This document shows positions 1 to 12,990 of a stretch of DNA of 64,000 nt, piece after piece. The stretch lies in contig OZ024764.1 of the NCBI GenBank assembly GCA_964016885.1, positions 28,520,001-28,584,000 on the forward strand, read 5' to 3'. Numbering within the stretch: position 1 is the first letter of the stretch; the number at the start of each line of letters is the position of its first letter. This DNA comes from Eledone cirrhosa. Its lineage: Eukaryota. The translations under genes and the position numbers were made by a program. The notes below the pieces were generated by a model that saw only the letters and a list, made by a program, of their open reading frames with translations, searched no databases and was not told the DNA's origin.

Positions 1-480
1 CACTATACATACAACATTATATGTACACTATATATATACAAGAATAAATGGGAGTCTTCTTGTCGTGTCCACAAGAGTGTCAGTTACAAAGCTTGACTAG
101 ATGTGGTTCTACCACAGCTGAACACAGTGCTCTCCTTATATAATATATCACAATATATATATATACTATATACACCACACTATACATACAACATTATATG
201 TACACTATATATATACAAGAATAAATGAGAGTCTTCTTGTCGTGTCCACAAGAGTATCAGCTACAAAGCTTGGCTAGATGTGGTTCCACCACAGCTGAAC
301 ACATTGCTGTCCTTATATAATATACCACAATATATATATATACTATATACACCACACTATACATACAACATTATATGTACACTATATATATATACAAGAA
401 TAAATGAGTCTTCTTGTCGTGTCCACAAGAGTGTCAGTTACAAAGCTTGGCTAGATGTTCTGCCACAGCTGAACACATTG
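1..480. repeat. About 178-bp tandem repeat (about 2.7 copies visible) made of a LINE 3' end plus flanking TA-rich DNA
   Basis: cactatacatacaacattatatgtacac...gtcgtgtccacaagagtgtcag recurs at about 1, 178 and 356. The third copy runs directly into the LINE fragment at 451-700. Confidence 0.85.
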
Positions 481-720
481 CCGTCCTTTCTCATTAAACT
501 CTGCCAAGTCCAATGCTGTGCAGGGGTGTTCCAGCAGCGGGTATATCAGGAGGTGCTGCGTAGTCTGTGGTTCGATGCTGCAGTCACACACGTCTCCATC
601 CTTTAAATATCTCCATTTTGCAAGATTGACTTTTGCTCGTCCAACACCAGATCTTAATTTGTTGAGGCATTTCCACACTTCATAGTTTGTATTTTCTCTA
701 AGAACATCACCTTTGTCCGT
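408..720 (-). mobile_element. 3' fragment of an Ingi/Vingi-like (I-group) LINE
   Basis: Minus-strand ORF 451-678 reads WKCLNKLRSGVGRAKVNLAKW..CDCS..QTTQHLL, the typical C-terminal W..LNRLRTG.GR....L.KW + C-x-C..H motif. It ends in a gacacgacaagaaga tail. Confidence 0.6.
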
Positions 721-1040
721 TCCCTTGTCGTTTCAATTTGGATTGCCTCAGGAATGTAACCTTATTATGTAAGAAGCTGTCTGATGAGCTCACGTGGAAT
801 CGTACGGCTGCAGTCATGATTGAATAATGTATCACAGCCTTATCAATAAAGGACTTTAACATCTGAAACTACTTCGCATTTTCTTTTTCTAAATATACTC
901 CGTCATTCCTATGTGGAAAAAGTACGTAGAGTGCTTGAATTGAATTGCATCAGTGTTTACCGTATATATATATATGTGTGTGTGAGTGTGTATATATGTA
1001 TATGTGTGTGTATATATATATATAAGTATGTATATATGTA

Positions 1041-1376
1041 TCATTTCATTTCATTTTACGTCCGCTTTTCCCTGCTTGCAAGGGTGGGACGGGAACTGAT
1101 TCTGGCTTGATTTCTACAGCTGGATGCCCTTCCTAACACCAACCTCATTTACAGTGAGTGCTGGGTGCTTTTTTGCCGTGGCACCTCCACGACCACTTTG
1201 TAGTGGAATGATAGGGACCGAAGTCCCTATCATCTCATTTCTACAGCTGAGTAAACTGGAGCAATGTGAAATAAAGTGTCTTGCTCAAGGAGACAACACA
1301 TCACCCGGTCTGAGAATTGAACTCACAACCTTTCGATTGCAAGGCCAATGCTCTAACCACTAAGCCATGTGCCTCC
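1041..1376 (-). mobile_element. tRNA-derived SINE, family A (CORE-like body, RTE-type 3' tail)
   Basis: Reverse complement starts ggaggcacaTGGCTTAGTGGttag (box A) ... GAGTTCAATTC (box B). Body carries ccttgagcaagacactt. Ends cccttgcaagcagggaaaagcggacgtaaaatgaaatga. Seven copies in the window. Confidence 0.9.
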
Positions 1377-1491
1377 TATGTGTGTATATATATATCAAAT
1401 GCCATTGGAACTGATAATGCCATATCAGTTCCAATGGCATTGTCATGCTATGTCAGAAGTGAAAATATGTATAGTATGTATAGCATATATA

Positions 1492-1840
1492 TCTATCTAT
1501 CTAAGGCGGGTAAAATTCCCGAGATCCATGGACGAGTTCTCTCCAGCGGTCTCTGTCCCTCATTATCGCTGCCATATCCGGCATCTCCAACAGACCAGTG
1601 TCTGTCCTTAGGGCATCAACATATGTTAACCTTGGTCTTCCTCTTCTAGTGTGTCCATGTAGGGGCTCCCAAGATGGTGGATGGGTGCTACACGAGAATG
1701 CTGAGGATGGCTCTAAACATTAATCAGTATACACTGAGGATGAAAAACTCAGAGCTGTATGGGAGCATCCCAAAAGTCAGCTCAAAGGTGACACAGAGGA
1801 GACTGAGGTTGGCTGGACATGCTCACCGGCATCCAGAGCA
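1492..1840 (-). mobile_element. RTE-group LINE 3' fragment with 5' inversion
   Basis: 1492-1672 is the minus-strand 3' end with an (agat)n tail. 1673-1840 is the adjacent upstream coding part ([28 protein letters not shown]) in the opposite orientation. Confidence 0.8.
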
Positions 1841-2364
1841 TATATATGTATGTATGTATATATATATATATATGTATATGTATGTATATATATGTATATA
1901 TATATATCTATGCATATGTATGTATATATATCTATGCATATGTATGTATATATATCTGTATGTATATATATATATGTACATATATCTATATATATATGTA
2001 TGTATATATATATATATGTACATATATCTATATGTATATATATATGTATGTATATATATATATGTACATATATATATACATATATATATAGATATATGTA
2101 TATATATATATGTATGTATATATATATATGTACATATATCTATATATGTATGTATATCTATATATGTGTATATATCTAAAATATGTATATATATATAAAT
2201 GTGTATGTATATACACACAAATATATATATATAAATGTGTATGTATATACACACATAAATATGTATATATATATATATATAAATGTGTATGTATATACAC
2301 ACACATAAATATATATATAAATGTGTATGTATATACACACATAAATATGTATATATATATATAC
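1841..2364. repeat. Degenerate (TA)n/(TATG)n microsatellite
   Basis: Direct inspection. Confidence 0.95.
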
Positions 2365-2705
2365 AAAGCTTCCTCTGTCCTCAGGAGCCATTCCTTTACA
2401 CTTAATTTCCTTAGGGATCACCAGATGACAGATTGGGGTACACTATCAAACGCCTTCTCCAGGTCAACAAAAGCTAAGTATAATGGCTTATTCTTCTCTA
2501 AGAACCTCTCTTGTAGTTGTCGCACTAAGAAGAGGGCATCTGTTGTACTTTTCCCAGGCACAAAACCAAACTGCATCTCATCTAGTTTGACCCTTTCTCT
2601 AATTAGTTGCGCTAATATTCTTTCTGCCACTTTCATAACCTGATCCATCAGTTTTATGGCCCTATAATTGCTCCTCTCCGTTACCTTTGTAGCAATTTAT
2701 GAGAA
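2365..2705 (-). mobile_element. RTE LINE reverse-transcriptase fragment
   Basis: KVAERILAQLIRERVKLDEMQFGFVPGKSTTDALFLVRQLQERFLEKNKPLYLAFVDLEKAFDSVP (QFGF and DLEKAFD RT motifs). Confidence 0.9.
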
Positions 2706-2767
2706 TACTGCATCCCCAGTCTTTATATATATATATATATATATATAAACGTTTGTATATGTATAAT

Positions 2768-3192
2768 AACACCGCCCCTTTCAATGTACAGTTATGTTGG
2801 TCCCACAACACCCAGGCCGAAACAAATGAGATCGTGTAGGTGTCACGACAAAAAACACACAGTCCACGCTGTAATGTGGCCGTGTAGGCAACACGGTAAA
2901 AACCTCCCAGCCCCACACTGTAAATGTGGTTGGTGTTAGGAAGGGCATCCAGCTGTAGAAAACCCGCCAGACAGTCCACGCTGTAATGTGGCCGTGTAGG
3001 CAACACGGTAAAAACCTCCCAGCCCCACACTGTAAATGTGGTTGGTGTTAGGAAGGGCATCCAACTGTAGAAAACCCGCCAGACAGTCCTATGCGAGCAA
3101 GACAACCACTCTTGCCTCAAGTGGGAAAACCCCCGTCCAAACCCATGCAAGCGTGGAACACGGACGCTAAACCTGATGATGATGATGATGAT
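2768..3192 (+). mobile_element. RTE LINE 3'UTR fragment (same family as 44400-46255) with two 112-bp units and a (gat)n tail
   Basis: Matches the reverse complement of 44415-44820. Confidence 0.8.
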
Positions 3193-3755
3193 AATAAAGC
3201 CAAAACAATGCAGGTATGGACATAGAATAAAGAATGCAAATGCAAAAGATATTGTTGACAATTAGTCTTTTACCTTAGATTTATTTAAATGTCCAGAGCT
3301 TAAGCCGTTGGGGTGGTCATACTTTATCCTGTATATATATATATATTAAAATAACAGATTAAAGTTTAAGCAAAGAATCGCTGTTTCAGAAGATCCCGTT
3401 AAGGGTGAAAGCAGCGATTCTTTGCTTAAACTTTAATCTGTTATTTTAATAAATATTTGCTCTACGGTTCTTATATATTTGATATATATTTATCCTTATC
3501 GAGCTCTCTTTGGATTTTAGTCTTCGAATTTATTATTATTACTATATATATATATATGTAAGTTATATGAATCAAAGTTCTGTTCAAATCATTTATATGC
3601 TTACAATTGTTTCTTCCAAACCGTGGTTATAAGGTAGTAATATATTACTGCCTATCACTATTTAGGGTTTGAAAAAAAATATATAACTACAAAAGGTTTT
3701 TGTATATGCATAACCATAAATAGTATCCTTAATACTATATATATATATATATATA

Positions 3756-4089
3756 TCATCATTTTTCATTTCATTTTACGTCCGCTTTTCCCTGCTTGCA
3801 AGGGTGGGACGGGAACTGATTCTGGCATGATTTCTACAGCTGGATGCCCTTCCTAACACCAACCTCATTTACAGTGAGTGCTGAGTGCTTTTTTGCCGTG
3901 GCACCTCCACGACCACTTTGCAGTGGAATGATAGAGACCCCAGTCCCTATCATCTCATTTCTACAGCTGAGTAAACTGAAGCAATGTGAAATAAAGTCTC
4001 TTGCTCAAGGAAACAACACATCACCCGGTCTGAGAATTGAACTCACAACTTTTCGATTGCAAGGCCAATGTTCTAAGCCATATGCCTCC
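3756..4089 (-). mobile_element. SINE family A
   Basis: Near-identical to 1041-1376. Confidence 0.9.
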
Positions 4090-4128
<39 letters not shown>

Positions 4129-4545
4129 GTGTGTGTGTATATATTTAAAAGTTAAACAAGGTTCAATGAATGCATCAAAGAATGAGTTTTACAATAGATT
4201 GGAAGCACTCAACCAAAAAAAGGTTTTCCAGAGTTATTAATATTAATTCAAAATATTAACAAAATAGATAATCTTGTGATCAAGTATAATTTTATTATAC
4301 ATATTTCAGAGGTACTGAGCTAAGTTCAACAGTACTGAAATATGTATAATAAAATATACTTGATCACAAGAATATCTATTTTGTTAATATTTTGAATTAA
4401 TATATATAACGTAGGAGTTGTGGTAAGGAACTAGATGGACCATAACGCACCAGAGTACTCAATACTTAGGGTAGTAGAGTGGGTAATAGGAGAAAGTATG
4501 ACCCTGACGGCAGAGCTCAAGCCGTTGGGGTCATACTTTCTCCTG

Positions 4546-4580
<35 letters not shown>

Positions 4581-4720
4581 ATATATGTGTAAATGAAGTA
4601 ATTCCGTCGGAAAAGTCCAAGAAAAAAGAGTGCTCTATGTAGGTAACAGAGCTTAATAGTTATGTAATAAACAACATAAGGCAATTATTCCATTTACCAG
4701 TGATAAACAGACCAGGATTT

Positions 4721-4780
4721 TTTCATTCTGAGGATTGAAAGCAACATTTTTGGCTTTTAAGAAACCACTGATAAATGGAA
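4721..4780 (+). ncRNA. Minimal type I hammerhead ribozyme motif (Penelope-like terminus)
   Basis: ttcatt-CTGAGGA-ttgaaagc[..]gcttttaa-GAAA-ccactga-TA-aatgga. Same family as 41162 and 43832. Confidence 0.6.
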
Positions 4781-5347
4781 TAATTGCCTTATGTTGTTTA
4801 TTACATAACTATATATATAGGAAAAAGTATGACCTTGACGGCAGAGCTCAAGCCGTTTCGACGGGGTCATACTTTTTTCCTATGTCCCACTCTACTAACC
4901 TAAGTATTGAGTACTCTGGTGCGTTATGGTCCATCTAGTTCCTTACCACAACTCCTACGTTATATATATATATATAAAAATGACTAGTAGTGAAAGGATT
5001 GGTGGAAACAGGGTCGCGACGTGAACGCTCCTTTCATGACCCCAATATATATATGTTTATATAGATATAGAGATAGAAATGGCTATATGTATATATGCAG
5101 CTATATATTATATATATATATGTGTATATAGTTTTATATTCTATTCTCCCACCCTAAATATAAAACTATATGACATATATATATATATAAACAACAGATA
5201 GTGTGCAGAGGTTTCTGTCTAACTTCTTTTACCCTCAAGATGTTGGCCAATAAGCGGTTTTGATGGTACGTATGACATCTCAGGAGCTGCTATGTTAACA
5301 GAAAATTGGAGATGTGTGTGTATTTGTATATATATATATATATATAT

Positions 5348-5714
5348 ACGATATTAAATAAATGGAAACTATATTTATAAAACCATATTTATTTCATTAT
5401 ATATATTTCAGGGATATCATATTAACAATATGCTATGCCTTCCTCAGACAAAATACAATATAAACAGTTTTATAGATAAATAGATTTGACATACCGTACA
5501 ACATCGACTTGTATTTGAAAAGTTGAATTGGCAATTCAACTTTTCAAATACAAGTCGATGTTGTACGGTATGTCAAATCTATTTATCTATAAAACTGTTT
5601 ATATTGTATTTTGTCTGAGGAAGGCATAGCATATTGTTAATATGATATCCCTGAAATATATATAATGAAATAAATATGGTTTTATAAATATAGTTTCCAT
5701 TTATTTAATATCGT
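5348..5714. repeat. Perfect palindrome, 183-bp arms with a 1-nt spacer at 5531, one hammerhead per arm
   Basis: ...gttgaattg G caattcaac...; the arms are reverse complements. Confidence 0.9.
5607..5672 (+). ncRNA. Minimal hammerhead ribozyme motif (mirror copy at about 5390-5455 on -)
   Basis: tattttgt-CTGAGGA-agg[..]cct-GAAA-tatata-TA-atgaaata. Confidence 0.7.
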
Positions 5715-6220
5715 AAATATACTCCAAATACTTGTCGAGTGCTTTTATATCAGTTATAAATATTTACTAGTTGTAACCCAACAATTTAAATATAACTTTC
5801 CATATATATATATATATATATGCTACTTATCCGATATCTGCATTGCTTTATTGTACTACAATAAAACTCAACTCCTACATACATACATATATATATATAT
5901 ACACATATAAATATATATATATATATATATACATACACATATAAATATATATATATATATACACACACATAAATATATATATATATATATACACATATAT
6001 AAATATATATATACACATAAATAAATACATATATATATATGTGTATATATATTTATATGTGTATATATAATATATATATGTGTATATATATATATATATA
6101 TATTTATATGTGTATATATATGTATGTAAGAGGTGAGTTTTATTGTAGTACAATAAAGCAATGCAGATATCGGATAAGTAGCACTCTACAGTTTGTAGGA
6201 CTGGAGTATAAATAATATAT

Positions 6221-7787
6221 AAGATCAAAAGATGGTTAAAAGAGTTCCATGTATTTTATTATGTGCATTTCAAAAACAAATATCATCATGCGATGACATT
6301 TGCGTTTTCGTCAGATAAAATAAGGAGACATGATATGAAGGTTAAAAAACACTTGTGAATAGTGCAGTTTTAAATCAACATATGAAAAGTAGTTTTAGAT
6401 TGATGTGTGATATTTGGAAAAAAATTGAGGGGGGGGGGGGAGAGGAGGAGATGAGAGTAAAGAGTGGAGGGGGAGGAGTATAATAAGGAAGGATGAGATA
6501 GGAGGAGAGATGGGTGATAGAGAGAGAGAGAGATAGCTTTTATAACTGAGAAAAATATATTGTTTTACATAGAGAGGTTAAAAAACCGTTGGAAGATAAT
6601 ATATAAATTAAAAGAATTTGAAAATTAACGAAGAGAAAAATTTTAGAATAATGTTAAATTAAGGTTTGTATATTGAAGGGTTTAATAATATGTGCGATGA
6701 AAAGAAATTGTTAATATGTATTAAGAATAATATTTAAGGGTTTAATAATATGGGCGATGGAAAGAAATTGTTGATATGTATTATAAAAAAATATAAAAAT
6801 ATAACTAATGTAATTAAGGATATATTGTGAAAAGAAGTAGATAATATGTATAAGTTAGATGAGCATGAAAGGGAGAAAAACATTATGAATTGAGGATGAA
6901 TAATCTAACGTAAAAAAATGTTTGTTTACGAAGGATTTTATAAAGTATTTAAAAGGGTAAGGATATATTGGGGTGAGTTAATTTTCAAATTCTTTTAATT
7001 TAAAAGAATTTGAAAATTAACTCACCCCAATATATCCTTACCCTTTTAAATACTTTATAAAATCCTTCGTAAACAAACATTTTTTTACGTTAGATTATTC
7101 ATCCTCAATTCATAATGTTTTTCTCCCTTTCATGCTCATCTAACTTATACATATTATCTACTTCTTTTCACAATATATCCTTAATTACATTAGTTATATT
7201 TTTATATTTTTTTATAATACATATCAACAATTTCTTTCCATCGCCCATATTATTAAACCCTTAAATATTATTCTTAATACATATTAACAATTTCTTTCCA
7301 TCGCACATATTATTAAACCCTTCAATATACAAACCTTAATTTAACATTATTCTAAAATTTTTCACTTCGTTAATTTTCAAATTCTTTTAATTTATATATT
7401 ATCTTCCAACGGTTTTTTTAACCTCTCTTATGTAAAACAATATATTTTTCTCAGTTATAAAAGCTATCTCTCTCTCTCTATCACCCATCTCTCCTCCTAT
7501 CTCATCCTTCCTTATTATACTCTTACCCCTCCACTCTTTACTCTCATCTCCTCCTCTTTTTCATCCTTTCCAACCCAACCCCTCAATTTTTTCCCAATAT
7601 CACACATCAATCTAAAACTACTTTTCATATGTTGATTTAAAACTGCACTATTCACAAGTTTTTTTTAACCTTCATATCATGTCTCCCTATTTTATCTGAC
7701 GAAAACGCAAATGTCATCGCATGATATTTGTTTTTGAAATGCGCATAATAAAATACATGGAACTCTTTTAACAATCGTTTGATCTTA
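6221..7787. repeat. About 1.57-kb fold-back inverted repeat (about 780-bp arms, centre 6999), Penelope-like
   Basis: Centre tcttttaa T ttaaaaga. The arms match throughout with a few substitutions and indels. A hammerhead motif lies near each outer end. Confidence 0.9.
7688..7755 (+). ncRNA. Minimal hammerhead ribozyme motif (mirror copy at 6252-6322 on -)
   Basis: Stem I tattttat/ataaaata (8 bp), CTGACGA, long stem II aaacgcaaatgtcat/atgatatttgtttt, GAAA, palindromic stem III ATGCGCAT, cleavage site AUA. Confidence 0.8.
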
Positions 7788-7846
7788 TATATATATATAT
7801 AGTGACGAAACATAAGTCAATTGCATGAACTCATAATCCTTTATTT

Positions 7847-7903
7847 TCTGCTATATGTATTTCGATGATAGCCATTGAATGGCTATGACCTCATCAGGCG
7901 GTT
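7847..7903 (-). ncRNA. Minimal hammerhead ribozyme motif
   Basis: Reverse complement: ccgc-CTGATGA-ggtcatagccattcaatggctatcatc-GAAA-tacata-TA-gcag. Stem I is weak. Confidence 0.55.
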
Positions 7904-8022
7904 AGTCAGTTCTTATATATGCCAGCTCTGTGTTTATGGTGTTGATGGTATCAGAGCCTTGGGACATATATATATATATGTGTGTGTGCGTGTGTATATA
8001 TACATATAAATATACACATATA

Positions 8023-8067
<45 letters not shown>

Positions 8068-8676
8068 ATATACACATATATGCGGGTATATATTTATATG
8101 TATATTTTTTTGCCTTGACAAAAACCTCAGGGATGCTGGGTAGACAGAAACTAAGCCTGTTGTGTGGGTTGTACCCCTAATTTAAAGGCCTACAACCTTC
8201 ACATACCGTGTTGTGCTGGTTCAGCCAGAGAATTAATAGTACACGTGTTTGTGGTGTGCTCGGGCACTGACGCGGAAATTTTCACAGTGTGACATAAATA
8301 TACATACGTATATACACACATATATATGTGTGTATATACATATATGTATATATATATGTAAATACATATATACATATATATTTATATACATATATACATA
8401 CATATATATATATACTTATATATATATACATATATATATATATTCATATATATATATATATTAATTCAAATATTAACAAAAATAGACATTCATGTGATCA
8501 ATTAGTTCAACAGTACGTCCTCATCAGATAAAATAAAATGATACATGACAAACCCTGACATGGTAGATGGTTAAGATTTAATCAAGGTAGTGATTAACTT
8601 ATGAGAAAACTCAATATTTATACCCTAATATTGAGAACCTGAGAAAACGTAATAGAATCAATAGAGAGTGTGAGAG

Positions 8677-8729
<53 letters not shown>

Positions 8730-8867
8730 CATATATACATAGATATTACTCACATATATATATATTCATATATACATATATTCATATATACATATATATA
8801 TATTTATATATACATATATATGTGTGTGTACATATATATATATACTTATATGTACATATATATATAT

Positions 8868-9255
8868 ACTGATTAATGTTCAGAGCCATCCTCAGCATTC
8901 TCGTGTAGCACCCATCCACCATCTGAGTGAGTCTCTTGGTCAGTGAGGATGAAAAACTCAGAGCTGTATGGGAGCATCCCAAAAGTCAGCTCAAAAGTGA
9001 CACAGAGGAGACTGAGGTTGGCTGGACATGCTCACCGACATCCAGAGTTGACATTGCACTCAGTGCTCCTTTGGGAGCCCCTACATGGACACACTAGAAG
9101 AGGAAGACCAAGGTTAACATATGTTGATGCCCTAAGGACAGACACTGGTCTGTTGGAGACGCAGGACATGGCAGCGATAATGAGGGACAGAGACCGCTGG
9201 AGAGAACTCGTCCATGGATCTCGGGAATTTTACCCGCCTTAGATAGATAGATAGA
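8868..9255 (+). mobile_element. RTE-group LINE 3' fragment with 5' inversion (same family as 1492-1840)
   Basis: ORF 8943-9242 reads [37 protein letters not shown], followed by an (agat)n tail. 8868-8943 is the upstream segment, inverted. Confidence 0.85.
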
Positions 9256-10246
9256 TATATATACGAAGACCCGTCTTCCCTACGTACAAAGTTAACCTAC
9301 AGTCAGTAGGCCGCTCCTAACCAAATATGCACCACAACCCACTACCCAACTCCATCTTCCCTGTTCCACAAACACCACCCTTTCTCTGTAAAGTTATGTT
9401 GGTACCACAACATCCAGTCCAAACTAAAGATGTCATGTAGGTGTCACGACAAAAAAAAAACACCCAGTCTACACTGTAAAGTCTTCATGTAGAAGACAGG
9501 AAAAAGGCTCCCAGTCCACACTGTAAAGTAGTCTTGTAGAAGGCACGGTAAAAGGGCTCCCAGTCCACAAACAGCGGACAGCAAAGGACACGTACCGTTC
9601 CTCTCCCACAGATAACTCTCCCCCCCCCCTCGGGAAAACCACCCAGTTGATGGATGCGAATCCGAAATATAGGGATAATTGAATCTCTCCCAAGGTAACT
9701 ATCTCGCGTTGTTATTTTTAGTTTGACTTTGCCTTTCATCCTTACGGGGTAGATAAAATAAAGTACCAGTAATGCACTGGGCAATTGCTGGCCTTGTGCC
9801 TAAAGTAGAAACAATTATTTTTATTTTTTACGCTCTTTCCTACGTCCCTCTACACACTATACATCTCATTCTACATTCCCTTACATCTCTCTCTTCACCA
9901 CCGGATTCTGTTACCCGGAGATTTACCCATCTGCATTGTTGAGGCTTCCAAAACGACTAAAAAATAAATATTATTCCACAATGCTTCAAGCAGACTTCAA
10001 TACTCACATAATATATAATTATATATATATATATATATAATATATATATATAATATATATATATATAATATATATAATATATATATACATATATATTTAT
10101 ATATATATATATTTTTTTTATTTATTTTATAGAAGGAGCTTCTGTAGAAGCTCCTTCTATAAAATAATAAAATAAAATAATTTTACTCTGCCATGTATTG
10201 AGTACCTTACTTACTGTGGTTATCCCCGACTCAACCCGGGACCTAC

Positions 10247-10247
<1 letters not shown>

Positions 10248-10283
<36 letters not shown>

Positions 10284-10380
10284 TATATATATAATATATA
10301 TCTATATATATTTATATATATATAATATATATAATATATATATATTTATATATATAATATATATATATATAATATATATA

Positions 10381-10426
<46 letters not shown>

Positions 10427-10636
10427 ATATATATATAATATATATATATAATATATATATAATATATATATATAATATATATATATAATATATATATAAT
10501 ATATATATATAATATATATATCTATATATATATATATAATATATATATATAATATATATATCTATATATATATATATATTATATATATATAATATATATA
10601 TAATATATATATATAATATATATATCTATATATATA

Positions 10637-10680
<44 letters not shown>

Positions 10681-10692
10681 TATAATATATAT
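10248..10692. repeat. (TA)n/(TATAA)n microsatellite
   Basis: Direct inspection. Confidence 0.95.
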
Positions 10693-10908
10693 AAACTTAC
10701 ATAAATTAAAAATCAATCATATCGATTACTGTTTAATGAATTAATAACTAAACATACCGTCAAAACCAATAAAACCCACGGAAGATAAAAAGAAGTTATA
10801 GTAGAACAATGAAGGTGTTAGTTAAAAACGAGATAAAATAAATGTTTTACCTGAAATCAATAGATCAATAAGAAATCAAATTTTATCTAAAGAAATTAAG
10901 TTAGCTTT

Positions 10909-11595
10909 TCAGAAACTTTGTGTTCTTCTGAGTTTTCTAAGCCGTGGGCGAACAATTACTTCCAAGTGATCTTTCTCCCATGCTAGACCTTCACAAAAAG
11001 GAACCTCCCGAATGGTTTCCAAAGATGATTCATATTTACCCATTTTCCGTGGTCTTTGGCCACATATGGCACACTGGCACATGTTTTCGTAAATTTCTGA
11101 TATAGATGGTACGGTAAAATTACTGTTGGGAGCAACAGAATTAGACTCAGGAGCAACAGAATTAGGCTCAGGAGCAACAGAATTCCTCTTGCTTGAACAA
11201 CACAAGAATAATTTGGTGCAACTCTTCTTGAAACGAGAGAAAGATCGGGAAAGACGTTCCCTACGGCTTAGCTTATGGTTTAGTTTAACGTTAGTAGACG
11301 CCGCTGTCAATGACGGCAACGAAAGCAGATCAGGAATATCGAAAGAGGACATTACGTTAAACCTAGAACCAGAACCAGGAGTCCACAGATAAGTCAAATA
11401 CGACATAGTTTCTGGGCGTGGGGGAGGACTTTCAGACAAAACCGAAACCGAAGAACAGCAAGAAGTAGAAGATAGGGTGGAAGGAGGGTAGACAGACGAA
11501 GAGGATGACGAAGAAGAAGAAATGGACAAAGAGTCAGCATGCTCACGATACCAAGAACTAGAAGGAGACAAGGGTTCTAACATACAAGACAACAT
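10909..11595 (-). CDS. Orphan 228-aa Ser-rich protein, function unknown
   Basis: Uninterrupted non-repetitive ATG-initiated ORF in AT-rich DNA. A strong splice acceptor (tctttcttgtttctttttgctcctctgttttacatttcAG) lies 39 nt upstream of the ATG, with an in-frame stop between them. Contains three NSVAP repeats. Confidence 0.5.
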   Translation of the reverse strand: MLSCMLEPLSPSSSWYREHADSLSISSSSSSSSSVYPPSTLSSTSCCSSVSVLSESPPPRPETMSYLTYLWTPGSGSRFNVMSSFDIPDLLSLPSLTAASTNVKLNHKLSRRERLSRSFSRFKKSCTKLFLCCSSKRNSVAPEPNSVAPESNSVAPNSNFTVPSISEIYENMCQCAICGQRPRKMGKYESSLETIREVPFCEGLAWEKDHLEVIVRPRLRKLRRTQSF

Positions 11596-12234
11596 CCTAT
11601 ATCTAAATCTAACTCAAATATCTAGAAATACTAGCTGAAATGTAAAACAGAGGAGCAAAAAGAAAACAAGAAAGACACAAACAATATATTGATAAAGGTA
11701 GTTAAATATATAAGCTTAAATTGATAGATCAATAAGTCAAACCTAATAGAAATAAGCAATCGACAGGTGAAAATAAATAAAAAAGACTAGATATTCAAAC
11801 GATCGATAAAGTTAGTTAAACTAGTTATATGTATTGGTTAAAATCAAATCTACAAGTAATCAATCAAATCTAACAGAGGAAATCTACAGAGAGATAGTGA
11901 AGAGAGACGCTAGGAAATATAGAATTTATAAACTGACAAAAGCTATTGATAATTTGGATATATCAATAAGTGATCTCAATCCAGAGAGAGGATAGGTGAT
12001 ATATGTATTGAAACGATCGATAAAGGTGTGAGTTAGTTAAAAACCAAACTAGTTATAAGTATTAGTTAAAATCAATAGATCTAAGTAATCAAGCTTACCT
12101 TACAACACAGGTGTAGAGTGGAATTAAATAGATCGAGAAAGTTGTTAGGAAGTTAGTTTAAAAAATTAAATATAGGGATTAGTTAAATATAGAAATATAG
12201 ACGCTTAGAGAAATCTAGATTCAGTTATTAATAA

Positions 12235-12990
12235 ACTAAATATTTTAATAAATAGATAGATAAATAACCAGGCAAATATTTAGGGAAATATATATTGGGA
12301 GGATGTGAAAGTTTGAGATGGAAGTGAACAGGGATGGAAAATGGACGCTCAGAGAAAACTAAGATTAACACACGAATAAAGTTATTGGGATACTAAATAT
12401 TTTAATAAATAGATAGATAAATATTTAGGGAAATATATATTGAGGATGTGAAAGTTTGAGATGGAAGGGAACAGGGATGGAAAATGGACGCTCAGAGAAA
12501 ACTAAGATTAACACACGAATAAAGTTACTGGGATACTAAATATTTTAATAGATAGATAGATAAATAACCAGGCAAATATTTAGGGAAATATATATTGTGA
12601 GGATGTGAAAGTTTGAGATGGAAGGGAACAGGGATGGAAAATGGACGCTCAGAGAAAACTAAGATTAACACACGAATAAAGTTATTGGGATACTAAATAT
12701 TTTAATAAATAGATAGATAAATAACCAGGCAAATATTCAGGGAAATATATATTGTGAGGATGTGAAAGTTTGAGATGGAAGGGAACAGGGATGGAAAATG
12801 GACGCTCAGAGAAAACTAAGATTAACACACGAATAAAGTTATTGGGATACTAAATATTTTAATAAATAGATAGATAAATAACCAGGCAAATATTCAGGGA
12901 AATATATATTGTAAGGATGTGAAAGTTTGAGATGGAAGGGAATGGGAAACAGGGAGGAAAAATGGACGCTCAGAGAAAAATAAAACTAAG
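12235..12990. repeat. 157-bp tandem repeat, about 5 copies
   Basis: ggatgtgaaagtttgagatgg recurs at 12301, 12444, 12601, 12758 and 12915. Confidence 0.9.

Noticed and set aside
775-842. Hammerhead at ctgatgag...gaataatgtatcacagc
   Set aside because: The core reads GAAT instead of GAAA and stem II is poor, so at best it is a degenerate relic.
1300-1376. tRNA genes
   Set aside because: The box A/B sequences are SINE heads that run into SINE bodies, with no complete cloverleaf or terminator.
1819-10488. Many YIYI/VCVC-type ORFs
   Set aside because: They are translations of (TA)n, (TG)n and (CA)n microsatellites.
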